NCBI GenBank assembly: GCA_964420015.1
Contig: CAYQPO010000001.1
Location: 23,048-87,047, forward strand
Source: an uncultured Candidatus Saccharibacteria bacterium
GTDB taxonomy: Bacteria > Patescibacteriota > Minisyncoccia > Phycocordibacterales > SBAW01
Direction of reading: 5' to 3'
Length of the DNA stretch: 64,000 nucleotides
The notes below the pieces were generated by a model. The model was not told the DNA's origin, made no database searches, and saw only the letters and a program-made list of their open reading frames with translations. This document shows, in pieces, positions 9,933-19,457 of the stretch. The position numbers and the translations under genes are program-made. Positions within the stretch are counted from its first letter, which is position 1, and each line of letters starts with the position of its first letter.

Positions 9933-10355
9933 ATGGGAAAAGTACGCGTAATTAAAAAATCAGGTGGAGAAGGGAGCGCGCCAAGCGCGACCCGCTCAAG
10001 TAAACGCAAGCTCGACACGGGCACGCTGTATGTGGATGCCACCTACAACAACACCAAGGTTTCTTTGGCCGACAACTCGGGCAACATTGTTGCCTGGTCG
10101 ACCTCGGGTGCACTTGGCTTTTCTGGCGCCAAAAAAGGCACGCCCTTTGCGGCTGCAAAAGTCGGCGAGCTTTTGGGCGATCGCGCTGCAGCCATGGGCG
10201 TTAAAGACGTCGCCGTGGTGATCAAGGGAGTAGGGGCAGGTAGGGAGTCGAGTGTGCGTGGTTTTGCAAGCAAGGGGATAGAGTTGCGCTCTATTAAAGA
10301 CGTCACCCCGGTGCCCCATGGCGGAGTACGGGCGCCCAAGCCTCGTCGCGTCTAG
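9933..10355 (+). CDS. rpsK: 30S ribosomal protein S11
   Basis: GTLYVDATYNNTKVSLADNSGNIVAWSTSG...TPVPHGG matches S11. Confidence 0.9.
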   Translation: MGKVRVIKKSGGEGSAPSATRSSKRKLDTGTLYVDATYNNTKVSLADNSGNIVAWSTSGALGFSGAKKGTPFAAAKVGELLGDRAAAMGVKDVAVVIKGVGAGRESSVRGFASKGIELRSIKDVTPVPHGGVRAPKPRRV

Positions 10356-10384
10356 TCTCACTCGTATATTCGTATCCATCGTAT

Positions 10385-10990
10385 ATGAAACTCGGACCAA
10401 AATATAAAATTTGCAAACGTCTTGGTGCTTCGGTTTTTGAAAAGTGCCAGACGCAAAAATTTCAACTCGCCGAGGCGCGCGCTCCGCGTAAAACCAGAGG
10501 CCGCCGCGGCGGATCAGACTTCGGGACCCAACTTTTAGAAAAGCAAAAGGCGCGTTTTACCTATGGCCTTAGCGAAGGGCAGTTTAGCCGCTACGTACAC
10601 GAAGCAATGGAAGGTCGCCAAAACAGTGCGCAGGCTCTGCTCGGGCGCCTCGAGTCACGTCTCGACAATGTGGTCTACCGCGCAGGGTTGGTAAAGACCC
10701 GCCGCGCCGCGCGCCAGATGGTTGGCCACGGCCACATCACTATCAACGGCCGTCGCATGAATATCCCGAGTTACATGGTTAAGAAGGACGACGTGGTTGC
10801 AGTGCGCCCGGAGAGTCGTCAGAGTGCTTTGTTTGCAAATCGCATAGAGACGATGGCCGAGACAAAGGCGCCCGCGTGGGCAAAATTTGACGATCAGGGT
10901 TATCAGGTAATCATTACCGAAAACCCGTCGGTGGGTGAGGGCGAGGCACCGTTTAGTGCTCCAGTCATCATCCAGTTCTACAGTCGTTAA
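10385..10990 (+). CDS. rpsD: 30S ribosomal protein S4
   Basis: MKLGPKYKICKRLG...; S4 domain; 201 aa. Confidence 0.9.
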   Translation: MKLGPKYKICKRLGASVFEKCQTQKFQLAEARAPRKTRGRRGGSDFGTQLLEKQKARFTYGLSEGQFSRYVHEAMEGRQNSAQALLGRLESRLDNVVYRAGLVKTRRAARQMVGHGHITINGRRMNIPSYMVKKDDVVAVRPESRQSALFANRIETMAETKAPAWAKFDDQGYQVIITENPSVGEGEAPFSAPVIIQFYSR

Positions 10991-11024
10991 TTACTAGGTG
11001 CAAATAAAGAATATAGATTGAGTT

Positions 11025-11978
11025 ATGATGGAATATTCTATAACACTGCCTTCGAAGCCCCGCGTGGTTTCTGAGGCTGAGTTTGAGGGCTCTTACGAGA
11101 TAGACGGTCTTTATCCCGGCTATGGCCACACGCTCGGCAACTCGTTGCGCCGCATTATCCTTTCATCCTTGCCGGGCGCGGCTATCACGGGCGTAAAGAT
11201 CGACGGCGTTGAGCATGAGTTCTCCACTATTTCTGGTATCCGCGAGGATGTGGTTACGATCCTGCTCAATCTCAAGAAGTTGCGCTTTGAGGTGCTTACC
11301 CAGGAGGCTCAGACGGTCTCTTTAAAGATCAAAGGCCCGGCTAAAATTTCGGGTGCAGACCTCCAGCTCCCTGGCCAGGTTCGGCTCCTCAACCCCAACT
11401 CTTATATCTGCGAAATTACCGACAAAACCGAACTCAATGCAGAGTTTCGCGTTGAGCGCGGCTTAGGGTATGTGCCGCGCGAAGCACTCAAGAAAGACCG
11501 CGTCGAGATCGGAGAAATTTCGGTTGATGCGATCTTTAGTCCTATTCGCCGCGTAAACTACGAAGTAGAAAATATGCGCGTCGGTGACCGCACCGACTTT
11601 AACCGCCTGCGCATCGCTATCGAGACCGATGGGACTATTACGCCGCGCAAAGCACTTGAGTCGGCAATCGAGATTATGATCACACAACTCAAGGCGGTGG
11701 TCGGCTTTCGCGAAGAGGAGCTCCCGTCTGATACCGCTGAGAGTATCTCGAGCGCCGCGATGTCTGCAGAGTCTCAAGCCGAGGCAATGAAGACGCGCAT
11801 CGAGGATGTTGAACTTTCGAGTCGGACCATCTCTGCCCTAGAGAAAGCTAACATTCGCACCATCGGTGGCCTTGCGCGCAAAAAAGAGCAAGACCTTATG
11901 GAGATCGAAGGCCTTGGCCCTAAGTCGATCCAGGAGATCAAGCGCGCCTTGGCAAATTTCGGGATTGTGCTTAAATAG
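11025..11978 (+). CDS. rpoA: DNA-directed RNA polymerase subunit alpha
   Basis: [22 protein letters not shown].. and C-terminal [11 protein letters not shown] (alpha-CTD HhH); position after rpsD. Confidence 0.9.
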   Translation: [317 protein letters not shown]

Positions 11979-12015
11979 CAAAGCTTTGTAAGCGAACCAA
12001 GTAACAGTAACCCCT

Positions 12016-12366
12016 ATGCGTCACGGTAATGTAAATCGCAAATTCGGTCGGGAGCGCGGACAGCGCGTGGCCCTGATGCGCTCTTTGGTACGCAGCCTTA
12101 TTCTGCGCGGCCGGATGCAAACCACGCTTGCAAAGGCAAAAGAGGTTCGTCCCATGGTTGAGAAGATGCTTACGCGCGGTAAAGAAGCCACCTTGGCGAA
12201 CCGCCGCCACCTCATTTCGCAACTCGGTGGAGACGAAAAAATAGCCGCTAAACTCATCAAAACGGCCGAGGGGTACAAAGACCGTGCTGGCGGCTACACC
12301 CGTATCACCAAACTAGGGAGTCGAAAAGGCGACGCAGCCCAGATGGCTCTGATCGAATTTGTCTAG
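12016..12366 (+). CDS. rplQ: 50S ribosomal protein L17
   Basis: MRHGNVNRKFGRERGQRVALMRSLVRSLI...; follows rpoA as usual. Confidence 0.9.
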   Translation: MRHGNVNRKFGRERGQRVALMRSLVRSLILRGRMQTTLAKAKEVRPMVEKMLTRGKEATLANRRHLISQLGGDEKIAAKLIKTAEGYKDRAGGYTRITKLGSRKGDAAQMALIEFV

Positions 12367-12395
12367 TCCTCACTCGTAAACTCGTATCCACTTCT

Positions 12396-12740
12396 ATGAT
12401 CACTATTGACGCACAAGACAAAACGCTCGGCCGGGTAGCCTCGATGGCCGCGCACGCGCTTATCGGCAAGCATAAGACTACCTTTGTTAAAAATGCTGTC
12501 GTGGGCGAGGAGGTAACCATCAAGAACGCGAGTAAAATCAAGCTTTCGGGCAACAAAGTTGAGTCCAAGGAATATGTCCGCTACTCCGGCTACCCCGGGG
12601 GGCAGAAAATTGAGACCTATGCGCAGAAGCGCGAGCGCCTGGGCTCCAACAAAGAGGCGATCCGCTCGGCAATCTTGCGCATGCTCCCCAAAAACAAACT
12701 TCAAATCAAGCGCATCAAACTGCTCACGATCGAGCAATAA
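12396..12740 (+). CDS. rplM: 50S ribosomal protein L13
   Basis: MITIDAQDKTLGRVASMAAHALIGKHK... matches L13. Confidence 0.9.
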   Translation: MITIDAQDKTLGRVASMAAHALIGKHKTTFVKNAVVGEEVTIKNASKIKLSGNKVESKEYVRYSGYPGGQKIETYAQKRERLGSNKEAIRSAILRMLPKNKLQIKRIKLLTIEQ

Positions 12741-12746
12741 AAAAAT

Positions 12747-13163
12747 ATGGCTACTGCAACTAAAGACAAAGCAGAAAAGTTTATCGAGACCATCGGCCGT
12801 CGCAAGACCTCTGTGGCACGCGTGCGCATCACGCCCGCCAACCGTACACAAGTTATGGTCAACCACAAAGACCTCAACACCTACTTTCCGACGCAGGCGC
12901 TGCAAGCTACCGCACTGGAGCCATTTTTGAAGGTTGGTCTCCCAACACAGTTTGCAGTCTCGGTCCGTGTGACCGGTGGCGGCATCGCTGGTCAGGCAGT
13001 AGCGGTCCGTCACGGCATTAGCCGCGCCCTTACTGAGTACGATGCGACACTGCGCGCAGCACTCAAAAAAGAAGGCTTCCTCAAGCGCGACCCACGCGCT
13101 AAAGAGCGTCGCAAGCCAGGGTTGGTCAAAGCCCGCAAGCGCAAGCAGTGGTCTAAGCGTTAG
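12747..13163 (+). CDS. rpsI: 30S ribosomal protein S9
   Basis: C-terminal GGGIAGQAVAVRHGISRAL...KARKRKQWSKR. Confidence 0.9.
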   Translation: MATATKDKAEKFIETIGRRKTSVARVRITPANRTQVMVNHKDLNTYFPTQALQATALEPFLKVGLPTQFAVSVRVTGGGIAGQAVAVRHGISRALTEYDATLRAALKKEGFLKRDPRAKERRKPGLVKARKRKQWSKR

Positions 13164-13232
13164 TCTCGTGCTAGTGTGTACGGTGCTTGCTGCGCTTTCA
13201 GGGTTCAGCACGCAGAACGGCCCTTGTGGCTG

Positions 13233-13263
13233 GGGCGCCGGCTCATCACCGGCGCTTTTTCTT
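13233..13263 (+). terminator. rho-independent terminator after rpsI
   Basis: GGCGCCGG-ctcatca-CCGGCGC followed by TTTTTCTT. Confidence 0.6.
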
Positions 13264-13321
13264 AACCCGAGGCTTTTTCTTAAATTACTTTAAATAGTTA
13301 CTTTAAGTTACCTGAAGAGCC

Positions 13322-13347
13322 AAGTGGATTGATATATCAATCCACTT
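13322..13347. promoter_or_regulatory. perfect 26-bp palindrome AAGTGGATTGATATATCAATCCACTT (candidate operator, copy 1)
   Basis: read directly; its reverse complement is identical; lies 13 nt beyond the stop of the minus-strand regulator gene. Confidence 0.6.
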
Positions 13348-13359
13348 TGGACATGACTC

Positions 13360-13827
13360 TCATTCGGTTCTATAGATTTTGTACTCAATTACGTACTTCT
13401 TAGACTTAGGTACACTACTTTTTGGCCAAGGAAATAAGAGGAAATGTGCTGGATATTTCTTTTTTAGTCTAAACATAGTGCTCTCCGCATAGTTACGCCG
13501 AAGTTCACGATTTTCTAGTTCTTTCTCAAGCTCTGCAATGGCATGCTCAAATCCGGGCAACTGATCCTCTAGCCATCGCTGGACACGCCCAACAGTATCG
13601 CGACCGACTTTGAGTTGTTGTTCTATGTCTCTTGTGCTTTCTCCAGCAATAATTAGTCGAGCAATAATAATGCGCCGGCCAAGCATGATACGCTCGCTCT
13701 CAGTAAGTAGGTCACGGAGGAAGAGTTTCATTGCTGCACGTCCTCGCACCGCTCCCGCCGCAGTATAGAGCGTATCGAGCACATCAATGCGATGTTTATC
13801 AGTAAGATTTTTTGCTCGAATTTTCAT
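13360..13827 (-). CDS. TrpR-like (YerC/YecD family) DNA-binding protein with C-terminal extension
   Basis: LFLRDLLTESERIMLGRRIIIARLIIAGESTRDIEQQLKVGRDTVGRVQRWL follows the YerC/TrpR helix-turn-helix pattern; 155 aa; divergent from grpE. Confidence 0.55.
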   Translation of the reverse strand: MKIRAKNLTDKHRIDVLDTLYTAAGAVRGRAAMKLFLRDLLTESERIMLGRRIIIARLIIAGESTRDIEQQLKVGRDTVGRVQRWLEDQLPGFEHAIAELEKELENRELRRNYAESTMFRLKKKYPAHFLLFPWPKSSVPKSKKYVIEYKIYRTE

Positions 13828-13845
13828 ATCTATGTATGATACCTA

Positions 13846-13868
13846 AAGTGGATTGATATATCAATCCA
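13846..13868. promoter_or_regulatory. second copy of the palindrome (AAGTGGATTGATATATCAATCCA, 20-bp perfect core) in the regulator/grpE divergent promoter region
   Basis: read directly; ends 8 nt upstream of a TTGACA -35 box for grpE. Confidence 0.6.
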
Positions 13869-13875
13869 TGCATTG

Positions 13876-13903
13876 TTGACAGAAACAATAACTTAACTAC
13901 AAT
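13876..13903 (+). promoter_or_regulatory. sigma-70-like promoter for grpE-dnaK (TTGACA, 16-nt spacer, TACAAT), only 9 nt before the grpE ATG
   Basis: hexamers read directly. Confidence 0.45.
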
Positions 13904-13912
13904 AATAGAACC

Positions 13913-14389
13913 ATGAACGGTGCAGAGGATGAATTTGTGCCGGAGGAGGAGGCAGAGGCCGGCCCAGAGGCACTCAAAAGTCTGAGAGAAAAGCTTAAGA
14001 AGGCAATCGCCGAAAAGCAGGAGTACCTTGAGGGTTGGCAGCGCTCCCGAGCCGACTTTGCTAACTACAAACGCGAAGAGGCAGCAGCACACGAAGAGAA
14101 GCGGGAGCGCTTGGTTGGAGAAATTATAGAAGAAATGCTCCCGGCGCTTGACGCACTCGAATTAGCGGCAAAACACAACGACCAAACCGCCAAGATGCTC
14201 GAGGGCCAGTTTATACAGGCGCTAAAAAAGTTAGGGGTAGAGCGTTTTGGGGCAGCGGGCGAGGAGTTCGACCCACACCGCCACGAAGCGCTTGTAAAAC
14301 GCAACGATGACCACGTGATTCAAACCGTAGAGCGCTCAGGATATTCAGTAGGAAGCAAAATTATTAGACCCGCACAAGTTACCATCTAA
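13913..14389 (+). CDS. grpE: nucleotide exchange factor GrpE
   Basis: coiled-coil N-terminus, [22 protein letters not shown]-terminal beta domain; directly upstream of dnaK. Confidence 0.85.
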   Translation: MNGAEDEFVPEEEAEAGPEALKSLREKLKKAIAEKQEYLEGWQRSRADFANYKREEAAAHEEKRERLVGEIIEEMLPALDALELAAKHNDQTAKMLEGQFIQALKKLGVERFGAAGEEFDPHRHEALVKRNDDHVIQTVERSGYSVGSKIIRPAQVTI

Positions 14390-14402
14390 CATTACAAAAA
14401 CT

Positions 14403-16274
14403 ATGGCAAAAATTTTAGGAATAGACTTGGGTACCACCAACTCGGCTTTTGCCGTGGTGCAAGGCGGCGAGCCGCGCGTGCTCGAGAACGCCGAGGGTGC
14501 GCGCACGACCCCTTCAGTCGTAGCGCTCTCTAAAACGAACGAGCGCCTCGTGGGGCTTATCGCAAGGCGCCAGGCGGTGACTAATCCTAAAAACACGATC
14601 TATCAAATTAAGCGCTTTATTGGACACAATTTCGACGAGCCGAATGTGCAAAAAGATGTGCAGTCTGTGCCGTTTGAGGCGCGCAAATCGCAGAACGGCG
14701 GTATCGAGGTAAAGATGGGGCAAGACGAAAAGACAGCGTGGATGCGGCCTGAAGAGGTCTCGGCGATGATCTTGGGGAAACTCAAAGCTGATGCCGAGAA
14801 ACGTCTCGGTGAACCTATTAAAGAAGCAGTCATCACTGTGCCGGCTTACTTTAACGACGCACAGCGCGCTGCAACGCGCGATGCGGGCAAGATCGCTGGC
14901 CTCGAAGTTAAGCGCATTATCAACGAGCCGACGGCAGCGGCTTTGGCTTACGGCTTTGACAAGAAAAAGGATGAAAAGGTTGTAGTGTTCGACTTTGGCG
15001 GCGGGACCTTCGATGTCTCGGTGCTCGAGGTGGGGGCTGACGTGATCGAGGTTAAGTCGACCGACGGCGACGCACACTTAGGCGGCAAAGACATCGATCA
15101 AAAAATCATCGACTGGCTCGCGACGGAATTTCAAAAAGAGTCGGGGATCGATGTCCGGCTTGACCCACTCGCGCGCCAGCGCCTCGACGAGGCTGCAGAG
15201 AAGGCCAAAATCGAGCTCTCAACTGCGGCTGAGACCGAGGTCAACATTCCTTTTATCACCTCCGACGCCTCAGGCCCACGCCATCTGCTCATTAAGATGA
15301 CGCGTGCCAAGCTCGAGGAGCTTACCGCAGAGTTCATCGACCGCGCGATGGCTATCACCAAGCGCGCGATGGAGGCCTCGCCGTTTAAACTCGCCGATAT
15401 CAACGAAGTAATCTTGGTCGGCGGCCAAACCCGTATGCCAGCCATCCAGCAAGCGGTTGAGAAGTACTTTGGCAAAAAGGCAAACATGAGCGTGAACCCC
15501 GACGAGGTGGTGGCAATTGGTGCCGCTATCCAAGGGGGCATCTTGGGTGGCGAAGTGCGCGACGTGCTCTTGCTCGACGTGATCCCGCTCTCTTTGGGAA
15601 TAGAGACCATGGGTGGCGTTGCAACCAAACTCATCGAGCGCAACACCACGATCCCTACCAGCCGCTCACAAACGTTTAGTACCGCGGCAGACAACCAAAC
15701 TAGTGTCGAGATCCACATAACCCAAGGCGAGCGCGCTATGGCAGGCGACAACAAGTCGCTCGGCCGGTTTGTGCTCGACGGGATCCCTCCTGCGCCGCGC
15801 GGCATGCCACAGGTTGAGGTAACCTTCGATGTTGATGCAAACGGGATCTTGACCGTAAAGGCCAAAGACAAAGCAACCAACAAAGAGCAGTCGATCCGGA
15901 TTGAGGGCTCTTCGGGCCTAAGCGAAGCTGACATCGAGCGCATGCGCAAAGACGCCGACACCAACGCGGCGGATGACAAGAAGAAGGTGGAGCTCGCCGA
16001 GGCACGCAACATGGCCGAGCAGAGTGTCTACGCAGCCAAAAAGGCGCTCACCGACAACAAAGACAAGATCCCGATGGAGCTCGCCACGGTGATCAACGAA
16101 AAAGTTTCTGCAGTAGAAAATAAGAAGGGGAGCGATGATGCTGCTGCAATTAAAGCTGCGACCGAAGAACTCTCTAAAGAGCTCTCTAAGGTCTACGAAG
16201 CGGTGCAAAAAGCTTCAGGCCAAGGTCCGCAGACGCCACCTCCGAATCAAGGCGACCAGCCAGGGCAACAGTAG
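14403..16274 (+). CDS. dnaK: molecular chaperone DnaK (Hsp70)
   Basis: [37 protein letters not shown] Hsp70 signatures; 623 aa. Confidence 0.95.
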   Translation: MAKILGIDLGTTNSAFAVVQGGEPRVLENAEGARTTPSVVALSKTNERLVGLIARRQAVTNPKNTIYQIKRFIGHNFDEPNVQKDVQSVPFEARKSQNGGIEVKMGQDEKTAWMRPEEVSAMILGKLKADAEKRLGEPIKEAVITVPAYFNDAQRAATRDAGKIAGLEVKRIINEPTAAALAYGFDKKKDEKVVVFDFGGGTFDVSVLEVGADVIEVKSTDGDAHLGGKDIDQKIIDWLATEFQKESGIDVRLDPLARQRLDEAAEKAKIELSTAAETEVNIPFITSDASGPRHLLIKMTRAKLEELTAEFIDRAMAITKRAMEASPFKLADINEVILVGGQTRMPAIQQAVEKYFGKKANMSVNPDEVVAIGAAIQGGILGGEVRDVLLLDVIPLSLGIETMGGVATKLIERNTTIPTSRSQTFSTAADNQTSVEIHITQGERAMAGDNKSLGRFVLDGIPPAPRGMPQVEVTFDVDANGILTVKAKDKATNKEQSIRIEGSSGLSEADIERMRKDADTNAADDKKKVELAEARNMAEQSVYAAKKALTDNKDKIPMELATVINEKVSAVENKKGSDDAAAIKAATEELSKELSKVYEAVQKASGQGPQTPPPNQGDQPGQQ

Positions 16275-16356
16275 ACGCCAAACAATTAAACTAAAAACAC
16301 TGATCAAAAAGCCAGTGATTTTTTGTTTTGTCAATATGTGCTAAAATCAAATTTCT

Positions 16357-18207
16357 ATGCCCAAAAAGAAGCGTGAAATAAAGGCAAAAGCGGTCATGAG
16401 GATCTTTTGGAACCACACTCGGCAACATCCGTGGCTTTTTGGATTGTCTCTGCTTGGTATTACGCTCAACCAACTCTCGAACATCCTCGGCCCGGTGTAC
16501 TTACGCGATCTTTTTAACCTCCTAGCAACGCTCGACCGGTCGTCGACGACCATACATGCACTGGTCACCATACTTATCATCTATACGATCATAAGTCTTA
16601 TTGGTTGGTGGGGTGGGCGCATGGAGATGTGGCTTGGGTATACCCTCATTTCAAAAGTAACTGCAAAGCTCACTAAAGAAGCGTTTGGCAACTTGATGCA
16701 TCATTCGTATCAGTTTTTTGCCAATAATTTTTCAGGTGCCCTCACGCGTCGCGTCGGGCGCTTCGCTGGAGCCTACGAAAATTTGTATTACTCTGGCGTC
16801 ACGACCATACTCGAGGGAGTTTTGTATTTGGTGGGCGCTGGCGTAGTGCTTGCGCTACATAACTGGATTTTGGGTGTGTTGGTGGTGGGATGGGTTGTGA
16901 TTTTTGTTGCCTTGCAGTGGTTCCTTACAAAAGTTCAGCATCCATACCGCATCGCGCGTGCAAGCGCCGACACCGATGTGACCGCCTCGCTCGCTGACGC
17001 AGTCACCAATCAAAACACGGTGGCGCTCTTTTCAGCAAATAAACACGAGGAAAAGTTGGTTGCCGACGCTGCCGACAACTATCAGCGTGCGCAACTGAAA
17101 TCATGGAATCTCAACTCAATTATCTATGGTTTTCAAGGCTTGCTTACTAACGCCCTTAACATCGGCATGCTTGCGGTGGGCGTATGGCTTTGGGTTAAGG
17201 GCACCATCACACTCGGCGATGTCGTACTAATTCAAGCATACGTGTTCGGCATCTTTGGCACTGTATGGAGCTTTGGGCGACAGTTCAATACCATCTACAA
17301 CTCCCTGGCTGACGCCAGCGAGATGGTCGAGACCATGGAGACTCCATACGAAGTCGCGGACAAAAAAGGAGCACAGGGGCTCAAGGTCTCGGCAGGAGAG
17401 ATCTGGTTTGATGATGTCTCTTTCTACTTTAACGAAAAGAAAGACGTGCTGAAAAATTATAATCTCAAGATCGCGGGCGGGGAGAAGGTGGCTTTGGTCG
17501 GGCCTTCGGGCGCGGGCAAGACGACTGTGACCAAACTCCTTCTGCGCCTCTACGATGTAAAGAAAGGAAACATTCAGATTGATGGGCAAAAGACAGATGC
17601 GGTTACGCAAGACAGCTTGCGCGACGCTATAGGCTTTGTGCCTCAAGAGCCGATCCTCTTTCATCGCACACTAATGGAGAACATCAGATATGGGAGACGA
17701 GACGCTACTGATACCGAAGTGATCGAGGCTGCCAAAAAGGCACACTGCCACGAGTTTATTTCGGCCTTCCCCGACCAGTACAACACGTTTGTTGGAGAGC
17801 GGGGCGTCAAGTTGAGCGGGGGAGAGCGGCAGCGAGTGGCTATTGCCCGCGCGATCCTCAAAAACGCGCCCATACTGGTGCTCGACGAAGCAACCTCTAG
17901 CCTCGATAGCGAGAGCGAGGCGCTTATTCAAGACGCGCTTTCAACCTTGATGCAGGGCAAAACAGTCGTGGTTATTGCACACCGCCTGAGTACGATTATG
18001 AAAATGGACCGGATTGTCGTGATGGAGGAGGGCGCTATCGTGGCCACCGGTAGCCACCTCGAGCTGGTCAATCAGCCAGGGTTGTATCAAAAACTCTGGA
18101 GCATCCAAGCGGGGGGATTTTTGGGCGATGGAGATCAGGACGACACTGGAAGCTCGATGAACGAAGAAAAAATAGACGAGCTTGCAGCTGCTGAAGATAA
18201 GGAGTAG
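16357..18207 (+). CDS. ABC exporter, fused permease/ATPase (MsbA/multidrug type)
   Basis: six-TM N-terminal half; Walker A GPSGAGKTT, signature LSGGERQRVAIARA, Walker B ILVLDEATS. Confidence 0.8.
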   Translation: MPKKKREIKAKAVMRIFWNHTRQHPWLFGLSLLGITLNQLSNILGPVYLRDLFNLLATLDRSSTTIHALVTILIIYTIISLIGWWGGRMEMWLGYTLISKVTAKLTKEAFGNLMHHSYQFFANNFSGALTRRVGRFAGAYENLYYSGVTTILEGVLYLVGAGVVLALHNWILGVLVVGWVVIFVALQWFLTKVQHPYRIARASADTDVTASLADAVTNQNTVALFSANKHEEKLVADAADNYQRAQLKSWNLNSIIYGFQGLLTNALNIGMLAVGVWLWVKGTITLGDVVLIQAYVFGIFGTVWSFGRQFNTIYNSLADASEMVETMETPYEVADKKGAQGLKVSAGEIWFDDVSFYFNEKKDVLKNYNLKIAGGEKVALVGPSGAGKTTVTKLLLRLYDVKKGNIQIDGQKTDAVTQDSLRDAIGFVPQEPILFHRTLMENIRYGRRDATDTEVIEAAKKAHCHEFISAFPDQYNTFVGERGVKLSGGERQRVAIARAILKNAPILVLDEATSSLDSESEALIQDALSTLMQGKTVVVIAHRLSTIMKMDRIVVMEEGAIVATGSHLELVNQPGLYQKLWSIQAGGFLGDGDQDDTGSSMNEEKIDELAAAEDKE

Positions 18208-18217
18208 AGTTTAGGTA

Positions 18218-19309
18218 ATGGCTAAACGCGACTACTACGAGGTGCTGGGGGTGGGGAAGAGCGCCAGCAAAGACGAGATCAAAAAAGCGTTCCACAAGCT
18301 CGCACACAAATTTCACCCCGACAAAAAAGAGGGCGACGCCGACAAATTTAAAGAAGTCTCTGAGGCCTACTCAATTTTGGGCGACGAAAAGAAACGCGCC
18401 GAGTACGACAGCTACGGCCGCGTGTTCGGCGGCGGCGCATCGGGCGCGAGCGGATTTGGCGGTTTTAATGGCACCGGATTCGACTTTTCTCAATTTCAAG
18501 ACGCGTTCTCTCAAGGATTCGCAGGCGGCGAATGGGGGGACATCTTCTCTGACTTTTTTGCAGGTCAAGCAGGGACCACACGCACTCGCCGCGGCCGCGA
18601 CATTTCGATCGATCTTGAAATATCCTTCCGGGACTCCGTCTTTGGCGTAAAGCGTACCGTACTGTTGGCCAAGACGAGCGTGTGCGACGCCTGTCAAGGC
18701 TCTGGTGGCGAAATGGGCACCGAGATGCTCACCTGCCCTACCTGCAATGGAGCAGGCAAGGTACACGAGACGACCAACTCTTTTTTTGGCACGGTGACCA
18801 TGGTGCAGCCATGCCGCACGTGCAAGGGATCAGGCAAAGTGCCTAAAGAAAAGTGTCACGTCTGTCGTGGCGAGGGCGTCTACAAAAAACAAGACGAAGT
18901 TGAGATCGCGGTCCCCGCAGGAATCGATGGTGGCGAGATGATTCGTCTGCAAGGCATGGGCGAGGCTATCGCCGGCGGCACCCCGGGGGACCTCTATGTC
19001 AAAGTCCATGTGGCGCCCGATGCGCGCTTTAAAAAAGACGGCCCAAACTTGGTGACGGAGCTTTCGATCAAGCTCACTGACGCGCTTTTGGGAGCCGAAT
19101 ACAAAATCGACACGCTCGAGGGTAGCGAAACGGTCTCCATCCCGCAGGGCGTGCGTCATGGCGAGCTGCTCAAAGTAGCGGGCAAGGGTGTGCCGGTTGG
19201 CCCACGCAAGCGCGGTGACCTCTACGTCAAAGTCACTATCACCTTGCCCAACAAACTCTCTCGCTCGGCACGCGCTGTGATAGAAAAGCTCAAAGAAGAA
19301 GGAATCTAA
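18218..19309 (+). CDS. dnaJ: molecular chaperone DnaJ
   Basis: J domain with HPD (KLAHKFHPDKK), Gly-rich linker, four CxxCxGxG zinc-finger repeats. Confidence 0.9.
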   Translation: MAKRDYYEVLGVGKSASKDEIKKAFHKLAHKFHPDKKEGDADKFKEVSEAYSILGDEKKRAEYDSYGRVFGGGASGASGFGGFNGTGFDFSQFQDAFSQGFAGGEWGDIFSDFFAGQAGTTRTRRGRDISIDLEISFRDSVFGVKRTVLLAKTSVCDACQGSGGEMGTEMLTCPTCNGAGKVHETTNSFFGTVTMVQPCRTCKGSGKVPKEKCHVCRGEGVYKKQDEVEIAVPAGIDGGEMIRLQGMGEAIAGGTPGDLYVKVHVAPDARFKKDGPNLVTELSIKLTDALLGAEYKIDTLEGSETVSIPQGVRHGELLKVAGKGVPVGPRKRGDLYVKVTITLPNKLSRSARAVIEKLKEEGI

Positions 19310-19407
19310 AAATCATGCTGGAATTTATCAAAAAACTTATTGATGTATTGCGCGGAGAGCCCGAGCTCGTGCTCGAGCCAGTTGGCATAGACGATTAATC
19401 CAAAACG

Positions 19408-19436
19408 AACGCCGCCCGTTGGGGCGGCGCTTTTGC
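19408..19436 (+). terminator. rho-independent terminator downstream of dnaJ (bidirectional hairpin)
   Basis: CGCCGCCC-gttg-GGGCGGCG then TTTTG. Confidence 0.55.
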
Positions 19437-19457
19437 CTGCATCAAAAAACTGATGGA

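Noticed and set aside
12363-13211. 282-aa minus-strand ORF
   Set aside because: Antisense to rplM and rpsI. Composition not protein-like.
13322-13347. The 26-bp palindrome as an intrinsic terminator for rpsI or the regulator gene
   Set aside because: No U-tract follows on either strand, and a proper terminator already exists at 13233-13263. An operator role fits better.
15131-16012. 293-aa minus-strand ORF
   Set aside because: Entirely antisense to dnaK, Ser/Ala/Arg-rich. A shadow ORF inside a highly conserved gene.
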